Part shown: in pieces, positions 60,191 to 64,000 of the stretch
How positions within the stretch are numbered: the first letter of the stretch is position 1
Layout of the letters: every line of letters begins with the position of its first letter
NCBI GenBank assembly: GCA_036499395.1
Contig: DASYDW010000020.1
Span: 8,610-72,609, forward strand
Source of the DNA: Pirellulales bacterium
GTDB taxonomy: Bacteria > Planctomycetota > Planctomycetia > Pirellulales > JACPPG01
Direction: 5' to 3'
Length of the DNA: 64,000 nt
Translations under genes and position numbers: made by a program
Notes under the pieces: model-generated
The model's database searches: none
The model's input: only the letters and a program-made list of their open reading frames with translations
Told to the model about the DNA's origin: nothing

Positions 60191-62158
60191 TTAATGCGCC
60201 ACAGCGCCGCAGCCTGGTTCGGGATTCAGCGAAACCCCCGGCGGATAGTTCTTCGCCGAAGTGAATTCCTTCATCCCTTGGCAGTTGATCAACGTGGACA
60301 AGTTCTCCTTCGTTGCCGAGGCATAGCTGCGATGCAACGCTTCGCGCAGCTCCTCGGGCGTCCGCACGTATTCGCCGCGCGCGCCCAGCCCTTCGGCCAT
60401 CTTGTCGTACCGCAAATGCTGCTGGAAAAGGTAGAGATGCATCGAGCGTGCCGATGAAACAGCACTGGGCCACATACCCCAGCAATCGTTGTTATAGATC
60501 ACGCCGATCACGGGCAGCTTATACTTGGCCGCGGTATCGAGCTCGAACAAGCTGTAGGCGATGCCGGCATCGCTGCTGACGCACACCGTCGGCGCACCTT
60601 TATACGGTGCTTGCGGCCCGACGCCGTGTTGCACCGCGGCGCTGGCGCCGATCATCATGGCCAGGTCCGGGCCGATGGCTCCGTATTGATAAGGACAGAC
60701 GATTCCCTGTCCCGGACGGTAAGCGCGTTGCCAGCGGCCGGCATGTACGCCGATCGTCCAACCGCCGCCCCCCAGCACCGTTTGCTTGGGATCGATATCA
60801 CCCTTATAGAAGAAATCGTGAACTTCCTTGCACAGCGCCGCAGGATGCAGGTAATTCGTATCGCGGCTGTACTTCACTCCCAGCTCGTACTGGTCGTTCA
60901 GCATCTTGTCGTATTTTTGCCGTGCCGAGGCCAGCTCGTTCACCCACGATTCGCGCTTGCGGGCCGGCAGCAAATCCGCGAGCGCTTCGAGAAACGGCTT
61001 TTCGCTGCTGACGATCCCCAGGTCTAACGGCCAGTTTCGCCCCAGGTCCTCTTGCACCGGATGAACGCGAATCGTCTTCACGTCAGGATTGCAACGATAC
61101 TCGCCCGGGCTGGGCATGCAGTACTGCCCGACGAAGATCACCAGGTCCGCACTCATTACCGCGTCCGGTGATAGCGCGGCGGATAGACGATGATCATCCG
61201 GAAAATGGCCGCGTGTCGGTCCGGACGTTACCACAGCGAGTTCGTTTTTCTCGGCCGCCTTCAGCAGTGGCTCCCAAGCCTTGTTTTGAAACACGCCTTG
61301 GCCGGCAATCAACAGGGGCCGCTCGGCGCGGGTGATCATGTCGAGAGCTTTTTCGACATCCTTGGCCGCGGGGCTGGGCCGAGACTCGGTCCGATACTTG
61401 TCTTTGCTGTAATAGTCCTTCAGTTTGGACGGATCAGTGAAGCGAGCGCGGGCGACCTCGCCAGGGAAGTCCAGATGCACCGGGCTGGGAACGCCCGACT
61501 TTAGATTTCTGAAGGCGTAAGCGCCGTATTCCCACACACGGTCGGGGGCGATCAAACGCTTGCCGTATTTCTTCATGCCGGTGGTCAGCGGTTGCTGATA
61601 GCCGGTTTGAATAAACGTTTCGCGATCGTCGCCGGCCATTTGCATATTGCTGGCCAGCACCAACAGCGGCGTCCGCGCTGCTGCGGCCGAGGCGATGTTC
61701 ATGATCATGTTGGTCAGGCCCGGCCCTTCGGTGCCCGAGCAAGCCGTGACCTCGCCCGTGGCGCGAGAAAAACCATCGGCAGCCGCGGCCATCGCTCCTT
61801 CGCAACGCCCACCGAAGGCTGGCACGCCGGCCGCCGCGATGGCGTTGATCACGGTGTAATTGCCAGGGCAGCAGAACAGCGCAGCCAGCTCTTCGTCTTT
61901 ACAGAGCTTCGCGAACACCTCGGCACCGGTCATGCCCTGCCCTTCGAACGTAGGGGGCTTCGGCGCCTCGCTGACCGATTCCAAAACTTCCTTGGGGATC
62001 GAAATCGACGGGATGCTCGCCGCGGGAACGCCGGCCTTGCTCTCCGTAACCATGCCAGCCACCAGCGCGCCGGCGCCGGCCGCTGAAGAAAGTAAAAACG
62101 ACCGGCGGGAGGAATCCACGGTCTGGTTCGTGCTGTCGTTCGTCTTCTGGGTTTTCAT
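60191..62158 (-). CDS. Thiamine-diphosphate-dependent enzyme (acetolactate-synthase/pyruvate-oxidase superfamily) with twin-arginine signal peptide
   Basis: 655 aa. SSRRSFLLSSAAGAGALVAG Tat motif. Pyr domain: GGRCEGAMAAAADGFSRATGEVTACSGTEGPGLTNMIMNIASAAAARTPLLVLASN. PP domain: SSDAGIAYSLFELDTAAKYKLPVIGVIYNND, a variant of the GDG...NN cofactor motif. Confidence 0.8.
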   Translation of the reverse strand: MKTQKTNDSTNQTVDSSRRSFLLSSAAGAGALVAGMVTESKAGVPAASIPSISIPKEVLESVSEAPKPPTFEGQGMTGAEVFAKLCKDEELAALFCCPGNYTVINAIAAAGVPAFGGRCEGAMAAAADGFSRATGEVTACSGTEGPGLTNMIMNIASAAAARTPLLVLASNMQMAGDDRETFIQTGYQQPLTTGMKKYGKRLIAPDRVWEYGAYAFRNLKSGVPSPVHLDFPGEVARARFTDPSKLKDYYSKDKYRTESRPSPAAKDVEKALDMITRAERPLLIAGQGVFQNKAWEPLLKAAEKNELAVVTSGPTRGHFPDDHRLSAALSPDAVMSADLVIFVGQYCMPSPGEYRCNPDVKTIRVHPVQEDLGRNWPLDLGIVSSEKPFLEALADLLPARKRESWVNELASARQKYDKMLNDQYELGVKYSRDTNYLHPAALCKEVHDFFYKGDIDPKQTVLGGGGWTIGVHAGRWQRAYRPGQGIVCPYQYGAIGPDLAMMIGASAAVQHGVGPQAPYKGAPTVCVSSDAGIAYSLFELDTAAKYKLPVIGVIYNNDCWGMWPSAVSSARSMHLYLFQQHLRYDKMAEGLGARGEYVRTPEELREALHRSYASATKENLSTLINCQGMKEFTSAKNYPPGVSLNPEPGCGAVAH

Positions 62159-62212
62159 GATGAAATTCCGAGGGCGCGGGGGTGAGATGCGATTTTCGGG
62201 CTTGAGAGCTAG

Positions 62213-62668
62213 CTATTCTTGCAGCTTCGGGCGCGCGTCTTCAGGCCACAGACTGCGCAGGTAGTTTGTCATGTGCCAAAGGTCTTCCTCTTTTTCCACT
62301 TTCTTGGAAAACGGCGGCATCGCCTCGCCGGCGCCATCGCGAATACTGCGAAACACTTCTCCTTCCGACGTGCCACTCTTCCAGTACTTGGGCTCAGTCA
62401 AATCCGTGGCATTGGCCACGACGTCCACGAGCGACTTTCCGTCCGCGCCGTGGCATTCCGTGCAATCGCGAGTGTAAAGGACCTTTCCGCGCGCGATCGA
62501 GGGTTTGCTGAACGCCACCGGCGATTTCAGCTTTTTCGCGGCCTCGATTGTTAGCCGGCCGTCGACGGCTGGTGTTTTATCATCCGAGTGCGCGGAAGTT
62601 GCCACGAATACTCCCAAAGCAATCGCGACCGTGGAGAGCATCGTGCCCGGAATGATTCGTTGCCACAT
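62213..62668 (-). CDS. Class I c-type cytochrome, secreted
   Basis: 151 aa. Signal MLSTVAIALGVFVATSAHS. Heme motif CTECH (62450..62464). Distal Met candidate in GEAMPPF. Confidence 0.85.
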   Translation of the reverse strand: MWQRIIPGTMLSTVAIALGVFVATSAHSDDKTPAVDGRLTIEAAKKLKSPVAFSKPSIARGKVLYTRDCTECHGADGKSLVDVVANATDLTEPKYWKSGTSEGEVFRSIRDGAGEAMPPFSKKVEKEEDLWHMTNYLRSLWPEDARPKLQE

Positions 62669-62735
62669 CAGCGGATGTCCTCAGTCGGTGTTACGTCAGG
62701 TATGCGTTGGATCTGCAATCATGAATATCTGAACT

Positions 62736-63224
62736 TCACATACGATCAGGGTCCAGATCGAACGTCTCGACAAGATAGTCGAAGTGCTCTCCTTCGGCTA
62801 AGAAGATCAGGTAAATCTCATTTACCAGATGCACAAGCTTGGTCACGGCATATTGGCAGTCGCCGCTTATGGCCGTCATCGAAAGCGATACACTCCCGGC
62901 CCGATGGCTGCTGCGAACCTCGACCCGCGCGCGATCGATACGGCGATGTTCGGGTAAGTCATCAGATTGCCGGGCCTCGATGAATGCTTTCAAATCCTTG
63001 TGCATCGGCGCCGAAACCTGGGGCAATAGTTCGGTCAGGCGCAATGTGCCACGTTTATTATCAAAGACAAGCTCGAAAGCACGGCCGCGATGCCAGACAA
63101 TTTGGAACGCAGTCTTCCCGCGGGCAGCAGACTGACGGCTGAACGATTGAAACACGCCACGCTCGGCGTATCTGGCCAGGGTTTCGGCGACCGCGTCGCT
63201 CGTAGACAGTGTTGCTTTGGTCAC
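62736..63224 (-). CDS. Hypothetical protein (no recognisable motif)
   Basis: 162-aa ORF, same orientation as and 67 nt upstream of the cytochrome c gene. Composition looks protein-like. No signal peptide seen. Confidence 0.5.
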   Translation of the reverse strand: MTKATLSTSDAVAETLARYAERGVFQSFSRQSAARGKTAFQIVWHRGRAFELVFDNKRGTLRLTELLPQVSAPMHKDLKAFIEARQSDDLPEHRRIDRARVEVRSSHRAGSVSLSMTAISGDCQYAVTKLVHLVNEIYLIFLAEGEHFDYLVETFDLDPDRM

Positions 63225-63521
63225 TTGCGGATTCCTGAACCGGAGTCGATACCGCGAGATGCTCTACCAGGCAATGAAGTTAATACCCGGCGAAACTGGC
63301 AGTCGACTTACCCCTCAGCGATAATATCGTGCGCCGCGCGTGAAATACAATGTTTTCGCCTGCGGTGATCTCGAGGGTGGCTGGATTCACAGATTTCCGA
63401 AAAATTCTCGTCGGCAGGTGTAACCAAACCGTTCGGGCGTCCTCAGTTACCTATAGCGGCTCCTGGACTCGCCGCCGGGGGGCCGCAGCGAAGTCGTGGC
63501 GGCGACCCAGCGAGTTGACGG

Positions 63522-64000
63522 TTGAGTGCCGATACCGAGCAAAGCGATCTGGCGCACAGTGCCGCGGGAGACGGGGAGGCGTACGCGCGGATCGTGCGTA
63601 AGTATCAATCCCAGGTCGCGCGGCGGATGCGGTCGTTCGCCCGGCAGCCCGCTGTGATCGAAGAATTGGTACAAGAGGTGTTCGTCGATGCCTATTATGG
63701 GCTACGCGGATACCGGGGGGATGGGGAGTTTGGGGCATGGCTGGCTCGAATCGCCACTCGGGTTGGTTATCGCTACTGGAAAAAGAACCGTCGTCGCGAG
63801 GAAGTCGGCCGGGACGATAGCTGGTGGAGGCACGTGGCTCAGCAAGAAGTCGAGGAGCTGGATCCCACAGCGGCCGGCCAATTCATTCACAACTTGCTCG
63901 ATCGCTTGCCACCCCGAGACCGCCTGGTGATGCTGCTAATACATGTCGAAGGTCTCAGTGTCGAGCAGGCGGCGCAACTTGCCGGTTGGTCCAAAACGAT
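63522..64000 (+). CDS. ECF-type sigma-70 family factor, 3' end beyond the window
   Basis: Not in the track because it has no stop in the window. An in-frame TGA at 63516..63518 limits the start to TTG 63522. Translation: SADTEQSDLAHSAAGDGEAYARIVRKYQSQVARRMRSF...ELVQEVFVDAYYGLRGYRGDGEFGAWLARIATRVGYRYWKK (region 2)...LPPRDRLVMLLIHVEGLSVEQAAQLAGWSKT (region 4). Confidence 0.7.
   Translation, partial: MSADTEQSDLAHSAAGDGEAYARIVRKYQSQVARRMRSFARQPAVIEELVQEVFVDAYYGLRGYRGDGEFGAWLARIATRVGYRYWKKNRRREEVGRDDSWWRHVAQQEVEELDPTAAGQFIHNLLDRLPPRDRLVMLLIHVEGLSVEQAAQLAGWSKT

Overview
High-GC bacterial chromosomal segment. The gene families present point to Planctomycetota (inference only): a prepilin-type DUF1559/H-X9-DG protein, a DUF1800/DUF1501 pair, an ECF sigma + Ser/Thr kinase pair, a PEP-CTERM protein, a BlaI/M56 pair and several Tat-exported enzymes. 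I support about 37 protein-coding genes. I saw no rRNA, tRNA or CRISPR array.

Layout, left to right:
- mmsA-like aldehyde dehydrogenase (runs off the left edge) and an aldo/keto reductase.
- emrAB-type efflux pair.
- An IS3-family insertion hot spot: a left-end remnant carrying an in-frame TGA, abutted by a 1.27-kb IS whose orfB is frameshifted.
- ECF sigma / Ser-Thr kinase-FGE module.
- Orphan LuxR-type response regulator.
- PEP-CTERM protein and an H-X9-DG pseudopilin-like protein.
- TetR-etfBA-membrane FeS oxidoreductase-acyl-CoA dehydrogenase cluster.
- GNAT and DUF72 genes.
- Cellulose-synthase-like exopolysaccharide locus: GH5, a GT2-PilZ-TPR fusion and a convergent TPR/beta-barrel porin. 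It is flanked by a stand-alone PilZ gene and a PAS kinase/FixJ-type two-component pair.
- Two secreted proteins.
- A BlaI-type repressor followed by a single 4,721-aa ORF that fuses a BlaR1-type M56 protease to six large paralogous modules.
- DUF1800/DUF1501 pair.
- An operon of exported proteins: hypothetical, cytochrome c, Tat-signal TPP enzyme, lipoprotein.
- The 5' part of another ECF sigma gene at the right edge.

Most notable observations:
1. The BlaI + giant modular M56 protein.
2. A TGCGAA-N3-TTCGCA palindrome recurring only in the upstream regions of the polysaccharide, PilZ and two-component genes.
3. The Tat-exported TPP enzyme next to a c-type cytochrome.

All functional calls rest on motif recognition by eye. 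No database search was run.
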